In this document: one piece after another, positions 40,501 to 52,716 of the stretch
Position numbering within the stretch: position 1 is the stretch's first letter
How the letters are laid out: every line of letters starts with the position of its first letter
From: Chlorokybus atmophyticus
Taxonomy: Eukaryota > Plantae > Mesostigma and Chlorokybus algae
Assembly (NCBI GenBank): GCA_009103225.1
Contig: RHPI01002568.1
Location: 261,742-325,722 of the forward strand
DNA: 63,981 nt
Reading direction: 5' to 3'
Notes under the pieces: generated by a model
The model's input: only the letters and a program-made list of their open reading frames with translations
Told to the model about the DNA's origin: nothing
Database searches by the model: none
Program-made: the position numbers and the translations under genes

Positions 40501-41709
40501 TGCACGTGCACGCATGCGCACGCACGTACACATGCAGATGTGCACACGCACATACGCACACGCACACGTGCTCGTGCGCACGCTCTTGTGCATGCACACG
40601 CAATTGCACAGGCACACATGCGCATGCACGCGCGAGCGCGCGCACGCACGCACACGCACTCACGCACACCCGCACATGCACCCGCACACGCACCCCTCAC
40701 CTCGCAGTGCACACGTTCTGATATATCGTCCACCGCGTTACCCGCCGTATCGTCCTCGGTCTCTCCACTTTTGGTAGCGGTTTCCCCTCCCTCGGCAGTA
40801 GTGTGGGCACACTGTCGCCGGACCAGGAGACCTGCACGCCGGCATCGTACTTCATGTACCTGTTGTTGTGAGAGTATCAATCACGTATGAGTGCACGTGT
40901 GCGTTGCTAACATCTGCGTGTGCCTGCCTGCGTGCATGGGTGCGTGCAATGGATGTGTGATTGAGCTGGTGGATGGGTGGGTGGGCGTGCATGAGCGCGC
41001 GTGGACACTTGTGGGTGTATGCACGTGTATGTGCACGTGCTTGTGCGTGTTTGGTTGTGCATGTGTCGACGTGTCAAACGTTACCAGTTGAGTGCGAAGG
41101 TGAGGGCGGTTGGGGTGCTTCCCCGCAGGAGGACGACATCAGAACCTTCTTCCTGGCTGACCTCCGCAATCTCAACATCCTCTGAGGGCAGCAGCTCCAG
41201 ACGAAACCCTGTCTGTTGCATGGAATTGCACCAGTCACTGTTGAGATGCACAGGTGCATATGCATATGGGTGATTCGCGTAGCAGTGCGAGAACATTGTT
41301 GTTCGGACACGCAGCTGCAGGACAAAACTGTCGGTTTGTGTGTACATGAAACTGGTAGTTACATAGACGGGGCACCTGCATAGCTGCTTAACATAGTGGC
41401 AATGCATAAACATGCCCAACACAAGCAACGTATGCAAGCTGACAACATTATCCAAAATCCTCGTAAACAAAATCTGCAGGGTGTCAATGTAAGAGGTCAC
41501 TGACTGTCGTTCTCTCTACTTTTTGAGACGCATCGTACCTTGCGTCCAAACAGTCTGTGCGCAAGGCCAGCGACGGCCGCCACGCCGTTAACGACACCGC
41601 CGCCGCTGCCGCTGCCGCTGGCGCCGTCGCTGCTAGCGGCAGCAGCGGCGGCGCACAGCCCTGTCAAGGACGCCAGCAAGGCCAACACCCACACCGCCGC
41701 CGCCGCCAT
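37566..41709 (-). CDS. NAGLU: Alpha-N-acetylglucosaminidase (GH89)
   Basis: Signal peptide. Motifs [101 protein letters not shown]. Confidence 0.95.
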
Positions 41710-41809
41710 GTTGCTGCTGATGTTGGCGTGCACGTACCTGACAGCTCAAGGCCCACGTGATGACGATTAGGCTGCAGTGCATCCCACAACCTGAAATGTC
41801 ATGCGCTAT

Positions 41810-42115
41810 GTACAGAAAATGCGCAACACGTATGCACATGCACGACACATGCAAGCATCATGTCCACATGCAGTCAAACACCGTTCATGTAGACCACCGG
41901 GCTACTGTCAGTAGCTAACTTCACTACCTACTCTACCAACACCCCGTTAGCCATAGCAGGCAGTACATGCATGTAGTACGTGGCCACACGGGCTTGGTTA
42001 GTCGTTGCAAGTTGTACCACATGCACATGAGCAGCAGCGACGACGACTCCCTCGACCTCTCCTCCCCCTCCGCCTCCCTGCGCTTCTGCTGCTTGTTGCG
42101 CTGCTGCTTGCAGTG
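41810..42115 (-). repeat. Dispersed ~300-bp repeat, copy B
   Basis: Reverse-complement homolog of 15192-15491. Lies about 100 bp upstream of the NAGLU start. Confidence 0.9.
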
Positions 42116-42616
42116 CTGTGTGTTCCAGTGGTGCTTTGGCGTTCATCGGGTGAGTGTAGAATGCAGAACTCTGACTGCAATGACAGTTTAACCCAGCCCA
42201 AGTGCTTGTAAGATTCTGCGCTGCAGTGTTTGCCAACAAGTTGATGAATTCGCTTGACATGGTAATGCATCTGAAAGTTGAGACAAGCATGTTGGTTATG
42301 AAGGAATGTGAATGTGTTGCCCTCATACTTGTATGCCCATGCCAACAGCTTCTGAACATAGTCTGCAAGCTCAACTGCATGCATTCCGCAGACCTGTCTG
42401 AATATAGCAACCAAAGAAGGCGCTGAACCGAGCAATGCATGTAATGTCGCATACACAGCGCGCAGATTGGCTTTGCCTGGCATGACTACAATAAATCACA
42501 TGACAATGCGCGCAACTTGATGCGATCGCGGTATCATAAAGGACAACACTGTAAAGCATGTTATACATTGAAATCTAAGCTGGAAAAACAAACAACAATG
42601 GAGTGGTAAGAGAACG

Positions 42617-43345
42617 CTACAGTCTTCGCCGCTTGCCAACTTTATTCAATCCCCCTTTCAAGTCCTCTATGGCCCCAACCACAGCCGCCTGCACGCAAAC
42701 ACAAACACAACACACACATCAACTTAGCACACATGTCAACCAATATGTACCAAAACATGACAGACAACAAACAAGACCACACTGGCCTACATACCAATGC
42801 CAACCCAAATGGTTTATGTCATCAAGTGAGAGCTACCAGAGCTGCGGTTGGCATGACAGTCATGCCAACCACAGCCCTGAATGACACAACGAACGACAGT
42901 GAAGTGTACCTTTGACGCGGGTACTCGAAATGTGAACAGGTCCTGACTGTTCATGCGTCCTCCGGAGGCATTGGCGAGCTCATCGAACCGGCTGCTGCAC
43001 TTCACGCCGCCGCACGGTTTGGGCTCAAACATCTCTGCGCTCCACGTTTTCTCCAGCCCGGCGTCCTTGAACTTGTTGGCCCACCAAAGCCGCGATTGTA
43101 GAGCCTGAATGCCGTCCATTTGCGCCGCGGGGCAGTCTGGCGTCACAATGCGGCTGCCGCATGTAGCCACCTGTGCAACAGGACAGCATTGGTACTGCGT
43201 GCATGTATGCATACGTATGCACAGTGCGCATGCACGTGTGCCGATGTGTATCATGTCACCTGCAAATGCGGGTGAATGCGAATGTGTTTGCACAAGTCAC
43301 AGGCACACACATGCACGCATGCCTGCGCGTCCGCACACATATCCA

Positions 43346-43380
<35 letters not shown>

Positions 43381-43775
43381 ATTTGTGTGCGCGCTGCACA
43401 TGCCCAGCGTGCCTTGTGTTGCTGCTTGTTCCTGTGCGCATCGCTCAACGTACCACAATCATGACATTCTTTGTGGCGAGACGGACTAGTAGGTTGAGTA
43501 CAGCGTCAATCCTGTCTTCCGGCAACATCTCCAGCTGATGCAGTGACAAAACCAAATCTTGGGTATTCTCCGCCAGGGGCAACGGTGTAGCTGCAAAATG
43601 ACGACAGCAGCTGAGCCTCACACACTACACGAGTTGCACACTGTAAATAAACTGCAACAGAATGTGTCCAGACAAGATGGCGTGAGTATGAAGGGTTGTT
43701 CGGCTATTCAGACTGCATGAGGATTACCACCGAGAAAATGTGATTGCTTAGTGGTGTAATTGTGAAGCTCCTACC

Positions 43776-43809
<34 letters not shown>

Positions 43810-46800
43810 GACAGAGCAGCAACACTATCACCTTCTAGTAAAAACGAGATGCTCCCAGTCTTGAGCAGAGAAGGGCAGTCTGCTGATACGCGGTGACGGG
43901 CAAAGTCGAGAACATGGATGTCCGGCGAGGAGCCCCTCGGGGCCACGCCCTTACCTTCCGCGGCAAGGCGACACGCGCCTGCGCCCGCCACAAGCATTGT
44001 GGCAACCCTCTGTTGCCTGAACTCGTTCGCGTACAGCTCCGCGGCCACCTTGAAGTACGAACAACCAAGACACTGGCGGCTGCCCCATGCGTCGGGACCC
44101 GTTTGAGGTATGGCCACCAGCGCAAATATGGCGTCCGTACCACGTGCGGGCTCAGCCTGCGGCATACACCATATGGGTCGTCGTCTTACATGTCTATCAT
44201 GCATGCTCACAACAAACGATTCAACTAACAAATGGCCTATTTGGCGAGCAAGAAAATGGTCACTACTCGTTGAGACTACGTAATTGCCACAAGACGGGAT
44301 GTGCACGCCACATTGATGACTCTTGCAAATGTGGTATTCATAGCATGTTCGTAGCAGCTGCTGGCGCAGATGCTACGAATGCCACATTTGCAAGGTATGT
44401 ACCTTCTGATACATGGCGCGCAGTGACTCCGTATGTGAAGGGGAGAAGGTGAGGCCGTGCGCCTCAAGAAGCTCTTGCCACCACTCGGCAGTGTGCAGGG
44501 ATACGGGCTGCAAGTCGTCTTTGGGAGGCTTCTTGCCCTGACTGTGCACGGAGATCGTGATGAACACATGCATGCGCGCCACCCGCACCATCTCCTTGAT
44601 GACGGTCGCGAGCCGGGCGTGAGGAAGAAACTCTAGCACGTGCGTTGAAGTCTGACAGACCAACAAGTGTTATTTGGCTTATATGGATGTCCACTCAATA
44701 CACTGACCAGCCGTCTTACCACCATATCAAAGCTCGCATCCGCAAATGGCAACTTGTCCAGTTTCGCATCCCTAACCACACCTTGTTCCAATAGATCTGA
44801 GCATTTTTCCTGTTCAAGTCCACAAGTAAGCATATCTCCGCAATCAATAAAACATGCAAGTACTGGCAAGTGGCAAACCTTCAGCGGGACGAGTATTGCC
44901 TCCACACCCTTGACTTCCCAACCAAAAGTGAGCATTCCGCGCACAAGGCCGCATCCACCCGTGCCGATGTCCAACGCAGAGTGGATTGCTGTTTCAGGGA
45001 TGGCGTACTCCTGCTGCAGCGCAGGCAAGTACCTGCAGCCGTCACATTGCCACATGCCGAACAGCCGCCGAAGGTACTCTTCACGCTCGGCTTTCTGTTT
45101 GGCGACCTGCTCAGGGGATGGTGCAAGTGCAGCGGGCGCGGGTGGTGGTGCAGTGCTGGTGACAGCCAGAATTATCTCAGGTGCTGGTGCATTGTCGGAA
45201 ACTGGTGATAATGATGATGTTGTTGATGACAACGATGTCAACAGCTGCCGGGGAAACTCCTCGATAGCAGGGCCTTGTTGGGGAGTATCAACTGCTGTGT
45301 TTGGGCTTGGGGTGTCAGCACTTGGGTTCACGGGATCGGTGACTGCCACAGAGGCTTGTTGCGGTGGGGGTGGTGCACGCGGTGGAGGTGCTGTGATGTT
45401 CAGCTTGGTCATCACCGCCTGGACCTTCTGCTTGATCTCCTGCTCCTGCTCCTGCATGAGCTGCTGCGCCTCTGCCTCCGACATGTGTGGTGTGGGCGGC
45501 AGCGCGGGAGGTGCATGCGGCTGTGGAAAGGGAGTAATACGGATTGGAAGCTTCATACACACACATGTTTGACTACACGCTCATGTGCACAAGTCGACTT
45601 ATAACCGATGTGCCTTGATCGCAGTCACAAAGACCATGCTGTTGAGGTGTGATGTTGCATACGAACACACACATGTAGTTGAACATGGACAGGCTGGGAA
45701 TCAGCCATGCCACACGTAAAACACGAGGCTTACGCGATGAGAAGATGTTTTTGGTTTCGGCGGAGGGCGCTGCGGAGGCGTTTGAGTCATGATCACGTCC
45801 GCATTGGCTTCAAGTTGTGGGGGTGGCGAATCAGGCGGGGGTGGGCTCAGCGTTGGTGGCGGAGGTGAAGGCGAAGGAGTTGCAGTAGCTGTATCAGGCT
45901 TTGTACTGCTTGCTGGCTCGGCCTGCAGCGCAATGCAGGCTGGGTTGCTTAACGATGTCAACAAGACCAGGGAACAGTTACAGCGGTGACATAGCAAAAG
46001 CACTTGTTGAATAGCTCAGCAACTCCCAAGCAAAACTGCACAGAAAATAGTTTTCGCTGACTTTACACACGCTATGATGGCTACGACACTACCAGTCATC
46101 ACCGCAGCCATTTGCGCTCAGAATGGTCAATGGCAATAACTGCGATACAACATCTAGGAGCCACAGCTTGAACAAATTGTATGATATGTAGAAATTCCAT
46201 CAATCAACACTACAACAATAAGGATTTATAGACTGCACGTACAGTTCAGTTAGCTCAAACGGGAGACACATGCTTGTGATTTGCAGCAAACCAGTGCATG
46301 CAGCCAGCTTTACCTCAGCCAGCTTGTTGCTCTCGAAGTCTTCCAAATGCGAGAGAGTGTCATCGCCCATGACAGCATCATCAAACTCCAGATTGGGCGT
46401 ATACTGCGCGGTAGCGTTCTTGAGCCAAGGAATGCTCACATCGCTGTCGCCTGACAACGAAGCATCGTCTTCATAATCCGCAATGCCGTCGAGTTCGGAT
46501 ATGTCCTCAACGTTGCTTATTTTCCTGTAACCCCTGCCATGCGTGCCCTCCCCTAACCCCTGCAGCTGCTTATGCCTCTCTATCTCTTCTATCCTCATGT
46601 CCGGGTAGGCCCCTGTTGCAGCAGCAGCAGCTCATCACCCGAAAAGAAAGAAGAATAACCCAAAGAAAACAAAGCAGCCTATCACCAATGAAACAAAATC
46701 ATGCTCCAGCAGTCAGCAGTTAACGCCATTGTTCATTGGAACGCATCTTACAGTCGTGGCATTGCGCTTGTTCACAACGGCAGCTTGTAGCAAATCAGCC

Positions 46801-47525
46801 CTTGACAGTAACATAACCCAACCCATCCATGCTTACACCATGCTGTAGCTGCTTGCATATAAGTATGCTGACAGTTGAGCAAGAAACCCAACTGGATCAC
46901 TGCATTGTGCTCATCAATCCCAGTGCAGTTGTAACAAAAAGTTGCAACATCAACTGATTGACGTTGGAGACAGCGCAATGCGCCTCAACAACTGAAGGTG
47001 GTGCGCTTGCTGTCCGCAACAGAGCACAGGACAATGCAACAATCGACAGTCAAAAAGCATACAGAAGACAAGAGCTTCTCAACAAACTCACCGTCGGTGG
47101 GCAGCATGGGTCGGGAGGGCATTTGCAAGTAGAACACTCCCTGCACGCATGGTAACAACAGTCCCACATTCAGCATTGCAAGCCAGGAGGCTGGCACGAG
47201 GGCAAGATGATCGCAAGTTTGAAGGCTAATTGGCTTCAGACCGTCACACAAGCAAAGTTGAAATCGCACGCATATGCTAGCGACATGGAGCAGCAAACAA
47301 GTGAAAGCAAGAGGAATGCAAGCATGCTACTACAGCTCCTCCTGTCCTGTGAGAGTGTGAACCAATGACAGCTACGTGTGCGAGAACGGGCGCACTGACC
47401 AGGAACACCACGACAAACAAGCATGTCGAGAAGTAACACAAGCTTCCGGATGCGCCCCCACCGCCGCCGCCGCCTAGGCCGCCCCCGCTGGAGGGGCGCC
47501 GCCTGTGGTGGGCGTGCCGCTGCAT
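42617..47525 (-). CDS. Type II membrane protein with Pro-rich stem and two class I SAM-methyltransferase-like domains
   Basis: N-terminal hydrophobic anchor LCYFSTCLFVVVFLVSAPVLAHVAV. Domain 1: ALDIGTGGC, KGVE, KLPFADASFDMV, HVLEFLP, EMVRVAR, HTAEWW. Domain 2: MLVAGAGAC, VLD, PLPLAENTQDLV, LEML, LVRLA, LWW. Last exon is AAVVG...RRRL* in phase 0. Confidence 0.8.
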
Positions 47526-48556
47526 TGCTCCTGGTGGGCCCCAATCAGCCAGCTTAGCCTACTCTGCCCCCTCGCATCGTGGTCACCACCCCTCGTCCCT
47601 CACCACCGCCTCCTCCTCCTTGCCCTCGTCCCGCTCCTCTGCCGCCGCTTCCTTCACCGCGTGGTTGTTGGCCATACCCGCCAGCGTGTCCACCATTTCA
47701 CCTGCCCTATTAGCGGAGTGCTGCATGAAACCTCGGTTCATGATAGCGCCTAACTGGCCGAGTTCCGAGGGCTGTCCAAGCTGGTGCTGGTCCAGATTGT
47801 AAGCGTTACATGAAGGCCGAGGCGTTTCATGACGGCTTGCATTGTTTTTGGCGTGCGACGAACACGCGTAGCCTGCGACTGTTTGCTTCTTGCGTGTCGT
47901 GGAGTGTTGGGGTCACAGTAAGTGACCCCAAGCCTTTGGGGTCGAACTCGTTGGCACCCGAACATCAATACCATTGCAATGCATTGACCATATTCCACCC
48001 ATTTTGTCGTTTACTGCAGACGGTAACAAACGCCATTTATGACGACGCCCGGGTTCGTGGACTACAGCAGCGTGCGAGGTAATGATGAGCGCATCATTAC
48101 ACGCTGGCATAGTGTGATGGCACCCGGATATCTATAGATACCACACATGTCCACGAGTACAGTCACATTCGAACATGCATGACGTTATTGCAGATGTGAT
48201 GCGATTCGCTTAAATGCTTACAACAGTACCCATGTTGGAGCAGCCGTTTATGCACAGGCAGATCCTTGCATACATCCATCATGGTGCCATGTAACATAAA
48301 GATTGTAACTGTAGTGGTATATATCTTTAATTTCATGCTGCTCAACACATGCTTACAACAATATAAGCACGATGTTCAAAGAATTTATTAATGCTTGCAA
48401 ATTATACAGGTCGAGTGGTAGTTCGTCTCGAGCTCAACTACAATTAATGTTGCTAACTAGCGGTGCGGCTGATTGGGGGCGAGGCGGGCGGCCGTCACCA
48501 GTAAGTCACCACACAAGAATTGTCAGTACAATCCGTCAGTGCCGGCTAAGGCCTGC

Positions 48557-48980
48557 CACACGCCATGTTACCGCTACAACCGGCATCCAAGCATCGACGG
48601 ATGGGACGTAGCGCGACATTGCAGCTCAGCATATGGCGTCACTTGATAGAATATCGTTGGATGTGCTAGTATACCGGATTATATGGCACGATATGCTTAA
48701 CAGCATATGGATGGATATCACTTATATGGTATCATGCGTGCAATGCGACCTGAACTCTGTTAACTCAGTGACGTCAATGGTCACACGCCATCTCACCGCC
48801 ACAACAGGCATACAAAGAGCGACGGACGCGACGTAGCGCGACTTGCAGCATAGCATATGGCGTCACTTGATAAAATGTCGTATAATGTGCTAGCATACGG
48901 CATCATATGGCGCGATATGCTCAACAGCATATGTTGAATATTACACATAAGGTATCCTGCGTGCAATGCGCTTCAGTTCA
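48557..48980 (+). repeat. Degenerate tandem repeat, unit ~224 bp, two copies
   Basis: Anchors recur at 223-225 bp spacing: cacacgccat 48557/48782, gacgtagcgcgac 48605/48830, gcatatggcgtcacttgata 48629/48853. Confidence 0.85.
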
Positions 48981-49040
48981 GGTCACCCAAAAATAAATTT
49001 CGGTTGCGTTATATTAATTGAGGTTATGTCACATTATAAC

Positions 49041-49223
49041 TGAACTCTGTCAACAAGGAACTCACGACATGTCATGCGACATCGCACCACACCATTCTAT
49101 ATCATACCATATAGTGTCACAGCGATCAATATGCCGGCATATAATGTCATGTGACGTGATATGGCGCGGCGTCGCTAGACATCGTGAGTCTTGTGCAACA
49201 TGTTAATAGAGTTCAAGTCAAAT
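49041..49223 (+). mobile_element. MITE-like/foldback element copy A with imperfect ~35-40 bp terminal inverted repeats
   Basis: Left end tgaactctgtcaac..aaggaactcacgacatgtc pairs with right end gacatcgtgagtcttgtgcaacatgttaatagagttca. A second copy lies in opposite orientation at 51734-51908. No TSD identified. Confidence 0.6.
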
Positions 49224-49289
49224 TGTGGTGCGTGCGTAATGTGTCCTGCGTATGATGGGATATCATACGCCCGGGCGATGGTCGATGAC

Positions 49290-51567
49290 TACCACGGCCC
49301 GGCAACCAAGTCGCACGCAAGCTCTTCGACGGCAGCGATGCCAAGATTGTCGAGCTTAGCGGCCGCGTTGTTTCGTTGGTGCATTGCGTCGCCTTCTTTC
49401 CAAGGTCCATGGCGAATTCTCGACGTGTTGCCACCTTCAAAATTGCTTCGTCCGTTGCATCTACGGCTGCAACCTCACAGGCATACACAAAGGCTGGATC
49501 GCCAGAGTGGGAGTGCAAAACTTCAGGTCTCATCTTACTAGCGGTACCCACAAGGACGCCTTCAATGAACTAACACGCCAACAGCAAGACGACTTGCTGA
49601 AATACTAGTTGGATCTGTTGAGTCCTGCATGGTGGCATGCATTGTTGTGCATGGGTTGAGTGGCAAACTGTTCCACGGCTTATGAACTTAACAATGTGCA
49701 ATGTCACTGTCAGTTGACTTTGAGTGCATGTTGCTGTCTGCATGATGGCACATTGGACGGACTTATGTGGGAATCATATTATGTACTTGTTGCCACTTAG
49801 GGTCGGGCTGCAGTGGCACGACACAACTTCAATTCAACCTACTGTGGGTGCCTTTATGCCATTTGCTGGATCGCGGCCTTTGCAGCAAACAACCCCCCTG
49901 CCACCATCGCTGCATGATGTTCTGCACCTTATTGGAATCTTATACGATATGAACTTTATCAAAGACGCCAATGTCAGTGCCTTAATGGTGCCAATAGGTA
50001 CGTGACTGCTTCAGGTGACATTAACAGTTTCATTCAGTGCATGTATCCCAATAGGTTCTCGTGTGACTCCGTCTAAGCGCCGTAGGAACTTGTCTATGGC
50101 GCCTGATACTCCCACCACGTCTCATGTCACTAACGCTGAAACAGGTGAGCAATGTCATCGTTGCAGAGGTTCTAACCTGATCCGTGAACTACATAAACGC
50201 AGGGGAAGCAATGCCGCGTATGCCAACTCACCAATTTATATCTGAGCTTATGCGTGCTGCTATCGACACCTTCAGTGCCCACCTGCTTGGTGAAGACCAA
50301 AACAACGTTCGTCTACAAAACGAAAGTAAGGGAAATTGTGCCATTGTTTTGACACACACCACTGATGGCATTGTTGGCAGATTTCAAGCTAGTTGACGAG
50401 AACACAGTCCTTCGCGAGCGCAACCTGAAGCAAGCAGAGCAGCTACGCCAAAATCAGACACAGCCTGATCCTCAGATCGCTGCAAAGCTGTTGATAATGG
50501 TCAGTGAACTCAATTGTCTGCGTGCAGGCCATGCTGCTACAGAACAATGCTAACCTGGAGCGTGCATTACACGAAGAGCGTGCTGAGCACGTTAAAATGA
50601 CAGAAAGCGTAAAAAATGCAGACGCAGCAAGCATTGTGGGTTTACGCAAGCAGCTGACAGAAGCTTAGCGCAGGACCACACAGTTGTAGCAACACAATGA
50701 GCGTAACGATGCAAAATTGGCGCGTCTGCAATGCCAGATTGGAAGAAGCCAACCAGACGATTGCTGCACACAAAAAAAAAGGTGTGTGTTCCTGCATTGT
50801 TAGGAATTTTCAGCAACTGACTTGCTGTTGTAGATCTCAGAGTGGACAAGCGTCCTGCGTCTTCAAACGGCAAATTGGCGATTTTCTGAGCGCGTTGTAC
50901 CCAATGGCGTGCAGTTCGAGAGCTTTCAGCAGGAACTGGAAGTCACCAAAAAGGAGTTGGACAGCTTAACAAAATACATGTTAAAAGAGATTGACCTTGA
51001 CGGAAAGGTACTGAACAATTACAATTATGACAATTATCAACGAATGCAACACTTTGGTGTTCACTGGGTGTTGTACCAGGTATCGCTTCTCAATCGCAGA
51101 GATGTTAAAAGGCAGCTGCAACTGCAACTATACCAAACACTCTGAGAGAAGCTTTGTACCTACCTCTGCACAGTTGCCTGTTGCTGCGTGAAGCAGCAAC
51201 AACCGAAGAAATGCAACGACATGTGCGCCAGGACTACAAGGGCAAGCGCGTGGTAGACAGTGAAGACAACACATGCGGGATCTGCTGCAAGCAGAAGCCA
51301 GTGGAAGCGTTGCTACCAATGCCATGTTGCGGAGCTACACTGTGCCATCAGTGCTTGAAGAAGCTGCGCACAGGATCTCACCCTCAAGTTGAGTGTCCTT
51401 TCTGCCGCCGCTTTCAAATTATTTGTATGCAACGCCCACCACGTGGTGCAAAGCTCCCCGATTTCCCTGTATATAAAATGAGCAGCAGTGACGATGATGA
51501 GGATGTTGATACACACAATACCGTTGCTGCTGGCGCTGGGCCCTCGCAGCCACCCCCCTTTTTGTAG
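49290..51567 (+). pseudogene. Spliced, decayed gene: possible Zn-finger, coiled coil, C-terminal RING finger
   Basis: RING CGIC..PCCGATLCHQC..CPFC in 51154-51567. Coiled-coil exons with GT-AG borders and in-frame TAG stops. The upstream block CIYGC...FRSHLTSGTH (49384-49608) is linked only tentatively. Confidence 0.6.
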
Positions 51568-51733
51568 ACCTGTATTTTATGGAACCCGTTTTGCCCTTGT
51601 CGATGCATATGTCAAGGTTGTCAATTGAGTAATCTTATGCTCTGTTATTACCTGTATGGTTATGTTGTTATGGAACATGCTTTACAACACATGGCCGCAC
51701 ACATTGTGTCACTGCGATAGGTAGCATATGGAT

Positions 51734-51908
51734 ATTTGACTTGAACTGTGTTAACATGAAGCACAAGGAACTCACGATGTCCAGCGACGTCGCGCGACAT
51801 TCTGCCATATCACGCCATATGACGTCATATGCCGGCATATTGATCGATGTGACACCATATGGTATGATATGGAATGGTATGGTGCGATGTCGCATGACAT
51901 GTCGTGAG
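51734..51908 (-). mobile_element. MITE-like/foldback element copy B, truncated by (CT)n
   Basis: Reverse complement aligns along 49061-49223 with scattered mismatches. Confidence 0.65.
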
Positions 51909-52519
<611 letters not shown>

Positions 52520-52716
52520 TGAGACTATNATCACCAAACACCACAGCATACGTACATCTTTGAAGTTACACCAACACAGTTACACCACCAATATGCACCC
52601 ACCTATATCATATCGACACCAAAGCATGGTGTCGCACAAAGTGTCCAACACACATGGTGACCTACACAAACAATAGCCAGTTTCACTCTGTTTTTATTGC
52701 CGAAACCGCTACCACT

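Noticed and set aside
40109-40890. Many overlapping His/Thr/Ala/Cys/Val-rich ORFs here and throughout the window
   Set aside because: They arise from (CA/GT/GC)-rich intron sequence or are antisense shadows of real exons.
1-47600. Choanoflagellate origin suggested by CA-rich introns
   Set aside because: The mTERF-like gene with a transit-peptide-like leader favours a green alga. The species cannot be fixed from this window.
47580-48100. Minus-strand coding-like frame ending in a Glu-rich stretch
   Set aside because: It has internal stops and no family signal, and it may be a TE relic or upstream region of the methyltransferase gene.
48455-48500. Minus-strand CTAG|T as a Helitron 3' terminus
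   Set aside because: It fits the CTRR/T rule, but I found no convincing GC-rich hairpin upstream, so it is unsupported without other copies.
48557-48980. CRISPR-like array (also considered for 54575-54840 and 61389-61496)
   Set aside because: Whole units are duplicated, there are no unique spacers or cas genes, and the context is eukaryotic.
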